Of a stretch of 64,000 bases of DNA, positions 10,141-19,657 are shown in pieces. The position numbers and the translations under genes were made by a program. The stretch's first letter is position 1. Each line of letters begins with the position of its first letter. This DNA comes from an uncultured Chloroflexia bacterium (GTDB lineage Bacteria; Chloroflexota; Ktedonobacteria; Ktedonobacterales; JADMIN01), in contig CAVPDP010000019.1 of NCBI GenBank assembly GCA_963702665.1, positions 331,023 through 395,022 on the forward strand, in the 5' to 3' direction. The notes beneath the pieces were generated by a model, which saw only the letters and a list, made by a program, of their open reading frames with translations, was not told where the DNA came from and did not search any database.

Positions 10141-10167
10141 TGGCGTCGGTGGCGTCGGTGGCGTCAG
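10141..10167. repeat. 9-bp tandem repeat, 3 copies
   Basis: tggcgtcgg tggcgtcgg tggcgtcag, located in the 530-bp gap between the rsgA stop and the MATE start. Confidence 0.9.
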
Positions 10168-10488
10168 TAGCAGGTGATGGCAGCGTTACGGGCGGTTTTG
10201 CGGTGATCTCAGACGACGAAAAAGGTGTTCCACGGATGAATGAGAGCAGAGGCCGACTACGAAGAGGCAGACGCATGAATGATTACTCCAGAGATGATGA
10301 CACGACAATGATGTTAGATTTGTATCTCACATCACCTTGCGACACAAGCTGTTGCAAGTACAATCTTACTGAATGTGACGTGTCTCACACTCTGGAGTAA
10401 CCGTACATTCTGGCCGTACCGGACTGGCCATTGGTTCAGGTCGCCTGGCAGGTATTCATGTATGATGTCTATCATCCACAGAGACATG

Positions 10489-11559
10489 TTACCAGTCGGC
10501 CATCTCCCACGTGGCGCCACCCGTCGCTCCCTCGGCGAACAGCTTGCCGTAGCTCTCGTAGCGCTCGGCGTCGAGCGCGCCCTGCTCCAAGGCGGCGCGA
10601 ATGGCGCAGTCAGGCTCGTGCAGGTGGGTGCAGTCTGAGAGGCGGCAGTATCCCAGATAGGGCGCGAACTCACGGAAGCAGGTATCGAGCTGGCGTAGCG
10701 AGGCCGCGCCCAGCGCCAGCGCGCGAATGCCAGCGGTGTCGGCGATATAGCCACCATCGGGGCCATCCAGCGGGCAGAGGCGCGTGCCCGTGGTGGTATG
10801 GCGCCCTTTGTGCGTCGTCTCGCCTATCGCGCTGACCCGCAGGGCCAGCCCCGGCTGTACGGCGTTCAGCAGGCTGGATTTACCCACGCCCGATGGCCCA
10901 ACAAAGGCGGACGTGCATCCCGCAAGATGTCCGCGCAGGTCGTCGATGCCCGCGCCAGACGCCGCGCTGGTCATCACGACAGGATAGCCCATCCCGCGAT
11001 AGACCTCCATCCGCGCGAGTAGCCAGTCTTCCGGCTGCTGATCCACTTTGTTCAGACATATCAGCGCGGCGATCTCCTGGGATTCGGCGAGCACCAGCAG
11101 GCGATCTAACAGGCGCAGATGTGGCGCTGGTTCGCGCGCGGCAAAGACCGTGATGAGTTGATCCAGCCCGGCGATGGTCGTCAGGGCCAGATTGCCAGCG
11201 CCAGCGTTTGGGTCGCGACGGGTGAATGCTCCGCCTGCCCGCGCGACGATCTGCTCGATGACGCCAGTGTCGCCACCCGTTGGCAAGACGCGTACGCGGT
11301 CGCCGATGGCCACGGGATCGTGATCGCGCACGGTGACGCGCTTCGCCTGGCGGCCAGCGCCACCACGCGACCCATATTCGATCTCTTTGCGCAGTTTGCC
11401 CCGGATGGTGCAGCGAAGGGCGCCACCCGGCGTCTCGACACGATAAAGCCCACGGCTGCCATCCACGATCAGGCCCTCGGCCAAATGGGTGGCTTCCCCG
11501 GTATTGGATGCGCCAGGCGTCTCTTCGGGCTGGCGCGATGCGAGGTGTTTTGAAGACAA
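10489..11559 (-). CDS. rsgA: ribosome small-subunit-dependent GTPase A
   Basis: GVGKSSLLNAV, HKGRHTTTGTRL, DTAGIR and the C-terminal zinc motif CxFxxCxHxxEPxC. The start was chosen at TTG 11559, 9 nt after AGGAGA; the ORF is open to 11598. Confidence 0.9.
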   Translation of the reverse strand: MSSKHLASRQPEETPGASNTGEATHLAEGLIVDGSRGLYRVETPGGALRCTIRGKLRKEIEYGSRGGAGRQAKRVTVRDHDPVAIGDRVRVLPTGGDTGVIEQIVARAGGAFTRRDPNAGAGNLALTTIAGLDQLITVFAAREPAPHLRLLDRLLVLAESQEIAALICLNKVDQQPEDWLLARMEVYRGMGYPVVMTSAASGAGIDDLRGHLAGCTSAFVGPSGVGKSSLLNAVQPGLALRVSAIGETTHKGRHTTTGTRLCPLDGPDGGYIADTAGIRALALGAASLRQLDTCFREFAPYLGYCRLSDCTHLHEPDCAIRAALEQGALDAERYESYGKLFAEGATGGATWEMADW

Positions 11560-11996
11560 GTCGGTTGTTCTCCTGGCGCTGTCTCTCGTCAGCCACAACT
11601 AGGGCTGATACGCATGTCGATAGTGGGGTTGCGGTTGTGCGGCGAGCGATGCCCGCCAGATATGCGTATCGAGGTCAGCGCCAGGGCCGCCACATCAGCG
11701 CATAGAGCGACTGGTGACGGATGCTCGGCTCGTGTGGAGGGTGAGTTGGTGGCGCAGACCATGACGCGCACATGCGGACATGCTCATATAGTCACCCTCC
11801 TTTCAGCGCCATGACGATGAGGAGTGTCATGGCCAGTCAATCCATAGCGAGTGGACAATTCAGAATCTCGCCGCAACTATTGTACGCGACGCATCGGGGA
11901 TGCGCAAGGGGCGCATAGAGGCACGGTGAACATGTATAATGCGTGAAGGCTGCGAGTGCGCTGATACTGGTGCAGATACAGCAGATGAGGTGGGCA

Positions 11997-12542
11997 ATGG
12001 CTGGACGAGAACGCCCCTCGTGGGATGACTACTATATTAACATCGCCTGGGTGGTGGCGAGCCGCTCCAGTTGCATCCGCCGCCGGGTGGGCGCGCTGAT
12101 CGTCGTCGAACAGCGCATCATCAGCACCGGCTATAACGGTACCCCGTTTGGTGTGAAGAATTGCGACGAGGGCGGCTGTCCGCGCTGCGCCTCGGAGGCG
12201 CCGAGCGGGGCCGGGCTGGAATACTGTCTCTGCGTCCATGGCGAGCAGAACGCCATCGCGCTGGCGGCGCGCCAGGGCACCGCGACGAAGGACGCCAGCC
12301 TCTTCGTCACGACTCGCCCCTGCTTTAACTGCCTCAAAGAGTCGGTGCAGGCGGGCATCAAGGAAGTCGTCTACGACCAGCCCTATGACTATGATGACGA
12401 GCTAGAAGTCGCCTATCAGTCGCTGCTCGCGCAGTCTGGCCTGGTGATGCGTCGCCACCCCTTCAGCGACAAACATCCCGCTGTCATGGGCGCGGGGCCA
12501 GCCAGCGCTGATAGCGGGCCAGAGATGCCCGTGGAGGGGTAA
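11997..12542 (+). CDS. deoxycytidylate (dCMP) deaminase, ComEB-type
   Basis: WDDYYINIAWVVASRSSC, CVHGEQNAI (zinc H/C-A-E motif), PCFNCLKESVQAGIKEVVY. An SD (GAGGTGG) lies upstream of ATG 11997. Confidence 0.85.
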   Translation: MAGRERPSWDDYYINIAWVVASRSSCIRRRVGALIVVEQRIISTGYNGTPFGVKNCDEGGCPRCASEAPSGAGLEYCLCVHGEQNAIALAARQGTATKDASLFVTTRPCFNCLKESVQAGIKEVVYDQPYDYDDELEVAYQSLLAQSGLVMRRHPFSDKHPAVMGAGPASADSGPEMPVEG

Positions 12543-12557
12543 TTAGGAGCAGGCGCT

Positions 12558-12662
12558 GACCTCACCCCCAGCCCCTCTCCTCGAGGAGAGGGGAGTGCAT
12601 CCGCGCTGGTTGCCTGGTCCCTCCCCTCGTAGGGGAGGGTGGCCGAAGGCCGGGAGAGGTCT
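12558..12662. repeat. REP-like GC hairpin repeats (copy 2 plus a second hairpin)
   Basis: gacctcaccccca + CCCCTCTCC-tcga-GGAGAGGGG (12572-12593), then CCCTCCCCT-cgt-AGGGGAGGG (12619-12639). Confidence 0.8.
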
Positions 12663-12713
12663 GTCACAATTGCGAAACGCCATCATCCTACTGCTCTACA
12701 TTTTCCATGTCTC

Positions 12714-12758
12714 TTGACATGCTAATGAAAATAGTCTATAAACTAATATAGTTAGTTT
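12714..12758 (+). promoter_or_regulatory. sigma70-type promoter with overlapping palindromic operator
   Basis: TTGACA (12714-12719), a 17-nt spacer, then TATAAA (12737-12742). The palindrome AAACTAA-tatag-TTAGTTT spans 12740-12758. Confidence 0.45.
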
Positions 12759-12765
12759 TGAGTGC

Positions 12766-13520
12766 GTGAACAGGAGATTCACTCGATGGCAACAACTGAC
12801 ACGACACGGCGAATATCTGACACAGATAGAGCGGACGACGATTCTGTTTCCGATCAACTGCTATCTGGTGCGCGAAGACGACGGGCTGACGCTGGTAGAC
12901 ACGAACTGGACGAAGACCGAGCGCGCCATCCTGGATGCCGCCAGGACAGTTGAACGCGCCCATCAGGCGGATTGTGCTGACGCATGTCCATGGCGACCAC
13001 ATTGGCTCGCTCGCTGCGCTGCATCAGGCGCTGCCCGATGCCGAGGTGCTGGTGGGCGCGCGTGAGGCGCGGCTGCTGGCGCGCGATTTCAGTCTCGATG
13101 CGGGTGAGGCCCAGGGAAAACCGCGCGGCGACTACCCGGTATGCTCTGTGCGCCCGACGCGCACGCTGCAGCCCGGCGAGATGGTGGGATCGCTGCGGGT
13201 GGTGGCGTCTCCCGGCCACACGCCAGGGCATATCGCCTTCCTCGACACCCGCGATGGCACACTGCATTGCTGGCGACGCGCTCTTCACCTACACGGGCAT
13301 CGGCGTCGCGGGCGCGTTTCGGCTGCGCTTCCCGTTCTCCCGGATGGCGACGTGGGATCAGCCGACGGCGCTGCGCTCCGCCCGCGCGCTTGCCGACCTG
13401 CAGCCAACACGGCTCGCGGTGGGCCACGGCCCGGTGCTCGAAGCGCCCACAGCGGCGATGAAGCAGGCGATTGACGCGGCGGCGCGGCGGCTTGCGAAGG
13501 CTGGTGTGGCGGCTGCGTGA
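12766..13520 (+). pseudogene. MBL-fold metallo-hydrolase, spread over three frames (two +1 shifts)
   Basis: Frame 1 reads ILFPINCYLVREDDGLTLVDT. Frame 2 reads IRRIVLTHVHGDHIGS...SPGHTPGHIAFLD. Frame 3 reads IAGDALFT...LAVGHGP. The shifts are at ~12945-12960 (extra g in cc-agg-aca) and ~13262-13270 (extra c in ctg-c-att). A third shift near the start is possible. Confidence 0.8.
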
Positions 13521-13556
13521 TAGCGGCAAACTGATCCGGTCGGTGTGTCGGGCCGC

Positions 13557-14938
13557 TTATATCCGTTCGCAGCGCGCGACGCACTCGATATGCGTGGTGA
13601 ATGGGAACATATCCACTGGCTGCACCGATTCCAGCCGGTAGCCGTTCTCGCACATCACACGCAGATCGCGGGCAAGTGTCGAGGGGTCGCACGAGACATA
13701 GACGAAGGTGCGTGGCGCCAGTCGCCGTATCTCACTCAACGCCCGTGGCAGGCAGCCAGAGCGCGGCGGATCGACCAGCACGACATCGACACGGTCGCGT
13801 TGCGGATGCATCGCGCCGAGAACGCGCTCTAAGACCCCTTCAGTGGCGATGACATTGGTGGCGCCGTTGAGGATGGCGCTGGCGCGGGCGTCGGCCACGG
13901 CGCCTGGCTGCGACTCTATCGCATGCACCGCCGCCACGTCGTCCGCCAGAATCAGCGAGAACAGGCCAACGCCACTGTAGCCATCGAGCAGATAGTCCGC
14001 TGGCGAGAGCTGCGCCGCCGAGCGCGCCTCACGCACGAGTATGGGCGTCTGGGCCGCGTTCACCTGAAAGAACGACCCAGCGGAGACCCGGTACGTCTTA
14101 TTCAGCACGCGCTCATAGATGAAATCAGCGCCAGCGACGACGCGGCCATGTCCACCGGGAATCCCAAGAATCACGACACCTGCCAGCCCCGGCAGTTCCC
14201 TGAGCATCGTGTCGGCGAGCGCTGCCACGTCATCTACCTCGGCAAACGCGCTGGCGGTACGCGCCTCGATGGTCAGCAGCCCCAGGCCGCCGGGCGCTGC
14301 TTCTGGCGCCTCTGGCGACTCGGCTCTGGCGCGTTCGCGGCGACACGCAGTGTGAATCGCTCGGTGTAGTTGGCGGCTGCCATGCCCCAGTGTTCCCGCA
14401 TCCAGGCGCGGACATCCGTGTAGAGCGCATCGAGCGCCGGATGCACCAGCGGGCAGGTGGGCATATCCAGCACGTCGTGGCTGTTGGCGCGGCGGAAGCC
14501 AATCGCGCCATCCGGGCCAATGGCGAACTGGGCGACAGTGCGATAGCGCCAGCGATCGCTATCTTCGGGCATGCCAATCGTTGGCAACACGGGTGGCTGC
14601 GCGAAGTGACCCAGGCGTCGGAGCAACTCCTGGACGATGTGTGTCTTCCAGGTGAGTTGAGCGGGGTAGGCGATATGCTGCCATTGAAAGCCGCCCGATT
14701 CGGCCAGCTCTGGATAGCGCGGCGCGACGCGGTCTGGTGACGCTTGAATCACCTCAACCAGTTCGCCGCGCGCATACGTCTTGGATTCGCTCACCACGCG
14801 GATACGCACGCGCTCGCCAGGTATGCCGCCAGGCGCGAAGATGGCGCGCCCATTGTATCGGCCTACCGCGTCGCCGCCATAGGCGAGATCCACCAATTCC
14901 ATTTCCAGAAGCGCGTTCCCTGGATCCGCTCCCGACAT
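13557..14938 (-). pseudogene. TRAM-domain 23S rRNA (uracil-5)-methyltransferase (RumA/RlmD/TrmA family), split by a frameshift near 14300-14345
   Basis: ORF 14273..14938 holds the TRAM and central domains. ORF 13557..14228 holds the SAM-MTase domain (LLDGYSGVGLFSL, VLVDPPRSG, VYVSCDPSTLARD). The cluster cysteines of classical RumA are absent. Confidence 0.8.
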
Positions 14939-15064
14939 ATGGGATCATCCTTCCCGCAAAATGCCAGTAATGGCAGCAACTACAGGATAACTGGTACACC
15001 GCTGTATTGTAGCATATGTGTAAGAAATGGTGGCCGAAGAACGTGGGGTTGTGGCGGGTACAAT

Positions 15065-16135
15065 CTATCCCAGCGCGCGTCGCCGAGCAGGTGATGGATG
15101 GCGCATCGTCGCAATCGTCAGCAATACCGCTCCAAGGCCCGCAGTGCTCACCAGCGCACGAATGATTCCCCCAATGATGGGCGCGGTGCAGGCGATGGCG
15201 AGCAACGTCACCCCAATGACGGTCGCAAGGATGAAGGGGAATCGCCGGTATTGCGTCGCTCCCGGTACCAGCGCGCTGCCAATCCAGAGGCCGAGCGCCG
15301 CCGTGCCAAAGATGGAGCCTCCCCAGAGTACCACACCAATCGCCAGCGCCAGCGGGATGCCAAGACAACTCAGCACGAGCACGATGGCCGCGACGAGGCC
15401 AATAACATAGGCGAGCAGGCCAAAGAACAGACTTCCCACAGGTTGGCGGCGTGCCATGAGCCGCACCCGAATGAGTTGCGATGGCAGAAAGAGTGAGATA
15501 ACGAGGCCTGAAAATGCCCAGAACATCACATCGGCCCAGTCGAGCCGGACAGGAATGATGCTGGTGATGTTGGGGATTGTGAACTGGTCGGTGGAGATGC
15601 CACGATCGATTTGGCCGCCTACCACCACACCGGGCGAGCTGCTGACAGAGCCGCCTACCGCCTGCACATCACCCGCGACATGCGCGCCTGGCAGCAGCGT
15701 TATGTTGCCGCCAAGCGCGAGCACGCGCCCGTCTACCTCGCCAGAGATGGCAATATCGCCACCGACCGCGACGACATCGCTGCTGACGCGCCCAAGCACA
15801 GTGATACCGCCACCATAATCCGTCACGTGGCCGCAATACCATTGATGCGCGTCGATGACAACATCTTTGCCAAAGATATCGAGGCTCGACGGTGTGCAAC
15901 TGGTCAGTTGCGCGTTTGTCCTGGTGGGCGCCGCGCCTGCCAGGAGGCCGCCAGATGCCAGTGTCAGACGGTCGGGCTGTTCTGTGTGTGTTCCATTGTG
16001 GTGAGGCGAGGCGAGGACGAAGACGACACCAAAGAGCGCTATTCCACCGAGGAAGGCAGCCAACAGAATCATGTAGCGAGCGTGCGGGGAGGTCTCTGAG
16101 GCGCGCATAGGGCGATCAGGCTTCCTGCGGGTCAC
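15065..16135 (-). CDS. membrane protein with bactofilin-like (polymer-forming) beta-helical repeats and a polytopic C-terminal domain
   Basis: One N-terminal TM helix, the repeat region VVAVGGDIAISGEVDGRVLALGGNITLLPGAHVAGDVQAVGGSV, then about 5 TM helices. It is the last gene of the ECF sigma operon. Confidence 0.5.
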   Translation of the reverse strand: MTRRKPDRPMRASETSPHARYMILLAAFLGGIALFGVVFVLASPHHNGTHTEQPDRLTLASGGLLAGAAPTRTNAQLTSCTPSSLDIFGKDVVIDAHQWYCGHVTDYGGGITVLGRVSSDVVAVGGDIAISGEVDGRVLALGGNITLLPGAHVAGDVQAVGGSVSSSPGVVVGGQIDRGISTDQFTIPNITSIIPVRLDWADVMFWAFSGLVISLFLPSQLIRVRLMARRQPVGSLFFGLLAYVIGLVAAIVLVLSCLGIPLALAIGVVLWGGSIFGTAALGLWIGSALVPGATQYRRFPFILATVIGVTLLAIACTAPIIGGIIRALVSTAGLGAVLLTIATMRHPSPARRRALG

Positions 16136-16718
16136 GCCCGAACTGGCGAGCCAGTTGCGCCCAGGAGAGCAACAGGCATCCCAGCAGAGCGCCCATCGCG
16201 GCAGGAATCATCCAGGGAGTTGCGGAGGCGCGATTGATAAGCTGTCCGAGCATACGCCCAAATGCCAGCAGGCCAATCGCCAGCGAGATGAGCGTATCGA
16301 GTATCGCAACGGCCAGTGTAGGATTCACCAGGGTCACGAACACGCCTGTCGCCAACATGAGCAGCAGCGCCACGATCAGCGTGGCCCCGATGATGCGCAT
16401 CGAACGCAGCCACGAAACACGTGGCGTGTGAGCGGCTGTGAGTCGCTGTTGTGGCGCGGGCGCTGTCGCGACGCGGGCGAGCACCCTATCGGTGAAATCA
16501 GATGGGGCGCTGACCATCGTCACCGGCATGCGCAGCCGAATATGACTGTCGAGCGCGTCATCGTTGATGTCAGTCTGCTGCGTGCTCGCGGGCAGCGCCA
16601 GACGATTTCGTAGTAAGAAACGCGCGAGGATGAAGGCGAATAGGGCAGAGAAGGCGGCTACACTAGTGCGCCGCCAGCCCGACGTCGCCTGCCGCGATTT
16701 TTCCATGCTCTCGCTCAT
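16116..16718 (-). CDS. putative membrane anti-sigma factor
   Basis: It overlaps the 3' end of the sigma gene and has a central segment APSDFTDRVLARV followed by TM helices. No clear zf-HC2 motif. The call is by position. Confidence 0.4.
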   Translation of the reverse strand: MSESMEKSRQATSGWRRTSVAAFSALFAFILARFLLRNRLALPASTQQTDINDDALDSHIRLRMPVTMVSAPSDFTDRVLARVATAPAPQQRLTAAHTPRVSWLRSMRIIGATLIVALLLMLATGVFVTLVNPTLAVAILDTLISLAIGLLAFGRMLGQLINRASATPWMIPAAMGALLGCLLLSWAQLARQFGRDPQEA

Positions 16719-17403
16719 CAGTTTCCTCGCTGGTGAGGGTTATGTCCAGACCTTGCGTCTTCATCGTCCGCGCGACAAGCTCGCGGGCACGGTGGAGGCG
16801 GGCCTTCACGAGAGCTGGGGTCAGCTCAAGCGTCTGGGCAATTTCCTCGTAGGAGAAGTCGTGCCAGTAGCGGAGAAGCAGAACCGCGCGATACTTGACC
16901 GGCAACGTATCGAGAATGCGCTGCATGTCATCGGCGGTCTCGTGGCGCAGGGCGGATTGCTCTGGGCCAGGGCCGACATCGGCGATCCACTCCAGGAAGG
17001 GCACGTTCTCTAGCGGAAGGGCGAGAAAACGACGGCGACGAAGCTGGTCAATCGAAAGGTGCGACGCAATCGAGAGCAGCCAGGTGCTGAACCGATGTGT
17101 GTCTTTGTATGTGTGCAACTGGGTGTAGGCGCGTACAAATGCTTCCTGCGCCACATCTTCCGCCTCGGTGGGATTACCGAGCATGCGGTAGGCGACATTG
17201 AACACAGGATCCTTGTACTTTTCGACGAGCGACGAGAATGCTTCCTGATCGCCAGAAAGCGTTCTGCGCACGAGCGTAGTGTCTTCGATCATATCGGTCG
17301 TGCGCGGTGACGGGGTAGTCATTGGACTCTCCGCCTGCGAACGCCCAGTTATCGCGCGACCCAGCGCCTTACCAGCAGCCAGGGTAGTACCTTGGATATC
17401 CAC
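16663..17403 (-). CDS. ECF (sigma-70 family group 4) RNA polymerase sigma factor
   Basis: Region 2 reads FSSLVEKYKDPVFNVAYRMLGNPTEAEDVAQEAFVRAY. Region 4 reads YRAVLLLRYWHDFSYEEIAQTLELTPALVKARLHRAR. The start is GTG 17403, 6 nt after GGAGG. Confidence 0.85.
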   Translation of the reverse strand: MDIQGTTLAAGKALGRAITGRSQAESPMTTPSPRTTDMIEDTTLVRRTLSGDQEAFSSLVEKYKDPVFNVAYRMLGNPTEAEDVAQEAFVRAYTQLHTYKDTHRFSTWLLSIASHLSIDQLRRRRFLALPLENVPFLEWIADVGPGPEQSALRHETADDMQRILDTLPVKYRAVLLLRYWHDFSYEEIAQTLELTPALVKARLHRARELVARTMKTQGLDITLTSEETDEREHGKIAAGDVGLAAH

Positions 17404-17818
17404 CCCGGGCCTCCTTCGTTTGGCCGTGTGCCGTATCTATCTCGTTGGCGATTCAACCCCGACCATCTCAGGGATACTATTCGCCATATCGAGCAATCTC
17501 ACTGCATCACGCCAGCATGATTCTGGTCGAATCTGCCTCTCTGAAGCTAAGCTTCCCGCAGTGTATACGCGAAGTTCGCCTCAAGGTTGCAGCTTTGCCA
17601 GCCATCCTGGCGTTAGTTATATGTTACCCCAAAACCGCTGCTATCTAGCAGTGTCCAAGGATATAACCTGTCTAAGACTTAGGATGTATCACGCCGCGCT
17701 GCCACGCAATGAGCTACGCCACATATTGGCAACGTATTGGCGCTCACGGCTGTCGAAGATGCTCAAGCAGTGTCTCATCACCACTCTATTCGATGGCTCG
17801 CATCATATGAGTCTGCAT

Positions 17819-17853
17819 GAACAGAGCCGCCACGGTTGGTAGCGGCTCTGTTC
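17819..17853 (-). terminator. terminator-like perfect hairpin downstream of the YeaQ-like gene
   Basis: A 12-bp perfect stem GAACAGAGCCGC / GCGGCTCTGTTC with an 11-nt loop. There is no clear U-tract. Confidence 0.5.
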
Positions 17854-17887
17854 TCGGTCAACGCCAAGGCAACCTGGATGCGGTCTA

Positions 17888-18208
17888 TTAGACAGTTCTG
17901 CTTCGGCCCAAGCCTAGCGCTTTGAGGATGAGCAGCAGAATGACCGCGCCAATGAATGCGATAATCAGGCTGCCAAAGTTGAACCCTGAGAAGCCAAATG
18001 TGCCAGGGAGCAGCAAAGACACCACAAAGCCACCGATCAGCGCGCCGACGACTCCGACGATGATATCGCCGATAATGCCCAACCCAGTGCCTTGAACAAC
18101 AAGACCAGCCAGCCAGCCAGCGATGCCGCCGACGATAATCCACACAAGTATGTTAATCACTGTCATCTCCTCCTTCGGAGCATGTGGCGCAATTGCAAAC
18201 CGATGCAC
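17888..18208 (-). CDS. GlsB/YeaQ/YmgE-family (transglycosylase-associated) stress membrane protein
   Basis: ILVWIIVGGIAGWLAGLVVQGTGLGIIGDIIVGVVGALIGGF is the typical Gly-zipper TM pattern. Confidence 0.8.
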   Translation of the reverse strand: MHRFAIAPHAPKEEMTVINILVWIIVGGIAGWLAGLVVQGTGLGIIGDIIVGVVGALIGGFVVSLLLPGTFGFSGFNFGSLIIAFIGAVILLLILKALGLGRSRTV

Positions 18209-18477
18209 GCGCCACGTTGCTGATGATTGGAGGCGCCGATTAGCGTCTCGTCATCACCACAACCTGCCATATATGCAAGAGAGCGTGCCAGCGCCTTTGC
18301 GCCGACGTGTGGGTCCGCTGGCGGGAGCGACTATTCCTGGCGCGAAGACGATCAGGCGCTTCTCGTGAAGCGTCGCTGAAATAGCAGCCATGTCGGTGGA
18401 GCATAGAGACAAACAATCCCCCTCGTCCACGTGCTCGTCACATGAAGGAGGGGGATATGAATATGCGGGAGCAACAG

Positions 18478-19098
18478 TTAGCGGCCACTCATGCCCTGGG
18501 CAAAGCGCTTCGCAATCTCGTCCCAATTGACGACATTCCACCAGGCTGCCAGATAATCTGGGCGGCGGTTCTGATACTTCAGATAGTAGGCATGCTCCCA
18601 GACGTCGTTGCCCATGACCGGGAAGAGGCCGTCGGTCAGTGGGCTATCCTGGTTGGCGGTCGAGGTGACGGCCAGTTTGCCATCGGCGCCGATGACCAGC
18701 CACGCCCAGCCAGAGCCGAAACGCTTGGCGCCCGCATCGTTGAAGGCCGCTTTGAGCTGATCGAAGGAGCCGAACGCCGAGGAGATGGCGCTGGCGAGGT
18801 CGCCGGTTGGCTCGCCGCCGCCATTGGGCTTCATGATCTGCCAGAACATGCTGTGGTTGGCGTGGCCGCCACCGTTGTTGCGCACCGCCGTGCGGATCGC
18901 ATCGGGTACGCTGTTCAGGTTGCGCATCAAGTCGTCGACGCTCATGTTCTCGAACTGGCTCTGCCCCTGCAGCGCGGTATTCACGTTGTTCACGTACGCT
19001 TGATGGTGTTTGTCGTGATGCAGATGCATCGTTTGTTCGTCGATATGCGGTTCTAACGCGGTGTAGTCATACGGTAGAGGTGGAAGTTCGTACGCCAT
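18478..19098 (-). CDS. sodA: Fe/Mn superoxide dismutase
   Basis: [36 protein letters not shown]...[22 protein letters not shown] 19098 is preceded by AAGGAGG. The track ORF start at 19167 is an upstream extension. Confidence 0.92.
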   Translation of the reverse strand: MAYELPPLPYDYTALEPHIDEQTMHLHHDKHHQAYVNNVNTALQGQSQFENMSVDDLMRNLNSVPDAIRTAVRNNGGGHANHSMFWQIMKPNGGGEPTGDLASAISSAFGSFDQLKAAFNDAGAKRFGSGWAWLVIGADGKLAVTSTANQDSPLTDGLFPVMGNDVWEHAYYLKYQNRRPDYLAAWWNVVNWDEIAKRFAQGMSGR

Positions 19099-19453
19099 TG
19101 TGTCGGAGTCCTCCTTCGCCAGGCGAAACAGTAAGAGTGGATGGGACGCCCATGCCATCAGCCGCAAAACTCGTGCCTGAATGGCAGGTGTCGCCGCTCG
19201 TCAGTCTAGCACAAGATTGGCATGTTGGTGGGCTGGCCAGCGGCGGCAGGTGGCCCTGTGTTACATCGTAGCGCTCGCATGGAAGAAGCGACAAGCGGGG
19301 TACGAGTCCCTGTTCCAATGTCCAGGGTGATGGAAAGCGGCTAGCAGATTTCTGTATGAATGAGTGGTATGCGCTTGCGTGTGGGTGAGCAGTGTGTTAC
19401 TTTACCTGCTGGCGCGAGATGAGAGCGCCAGTAGAAGGACAGGAGGACGCAGC

Positions 19454-19555
19454 ATGCAACACAAGGTATTCGGCGCCACGCCGTTCGCCCACCCGCTGTA
19501 TCCCCGTGCCTGCCAGCATGAGTGCGCTCATCCCTACCATCCGGAGGAGCATTGA
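19454..19555 (+). CDS. candidate 33-codon sORF (His/Pro/Cys-rich)
   Basis: AGGAGGA lies 6 nt upstream of the ATG. The peptide is MQHKVFGATPFAHPLYPRACQHECAHPYHPEEH, followed by a terminator-like hairpin. No homology is known to me. Confidence 0.25.
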   Translation: MQHKVFGATPFAHPLYPRACQHECAHPYHPEEH

Positions 19556-19576
19556 GACGTACTCGATCAGAGAGCA

Positions 19577-19614
19577 GGCGCGGGTGTCAGATGATGGCAT
19601 CCGCGCTATTTTTA
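19577..19614 (+). terminator. terminator / attenuator-like hairpin upstream of rtcB
   Basis: The stem pairs 19577-19587 with 19597-19607 (core GCGCGG / CCGCGC) and is followed by tatttttat. Confidence 0.5.
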
Positions 19615-19657
19615 TGCGCGCTTGTCGAGACCCGTTTCAACATCCATAGAGGTATCC

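Noticed and set aside
11697-11789. A 30-codon minus-strand sORF (MSMSACARHGLRHQLTLHTSRASVTSRSMR) sits behind a strong AAAGGAGGG SD, upstream of rsgA.
   Set aside because: Only the SD supports it. The peptide is low-complexity and Arg/Ser-rich, and I cannot assess its conservation. It is not reported as a feature.
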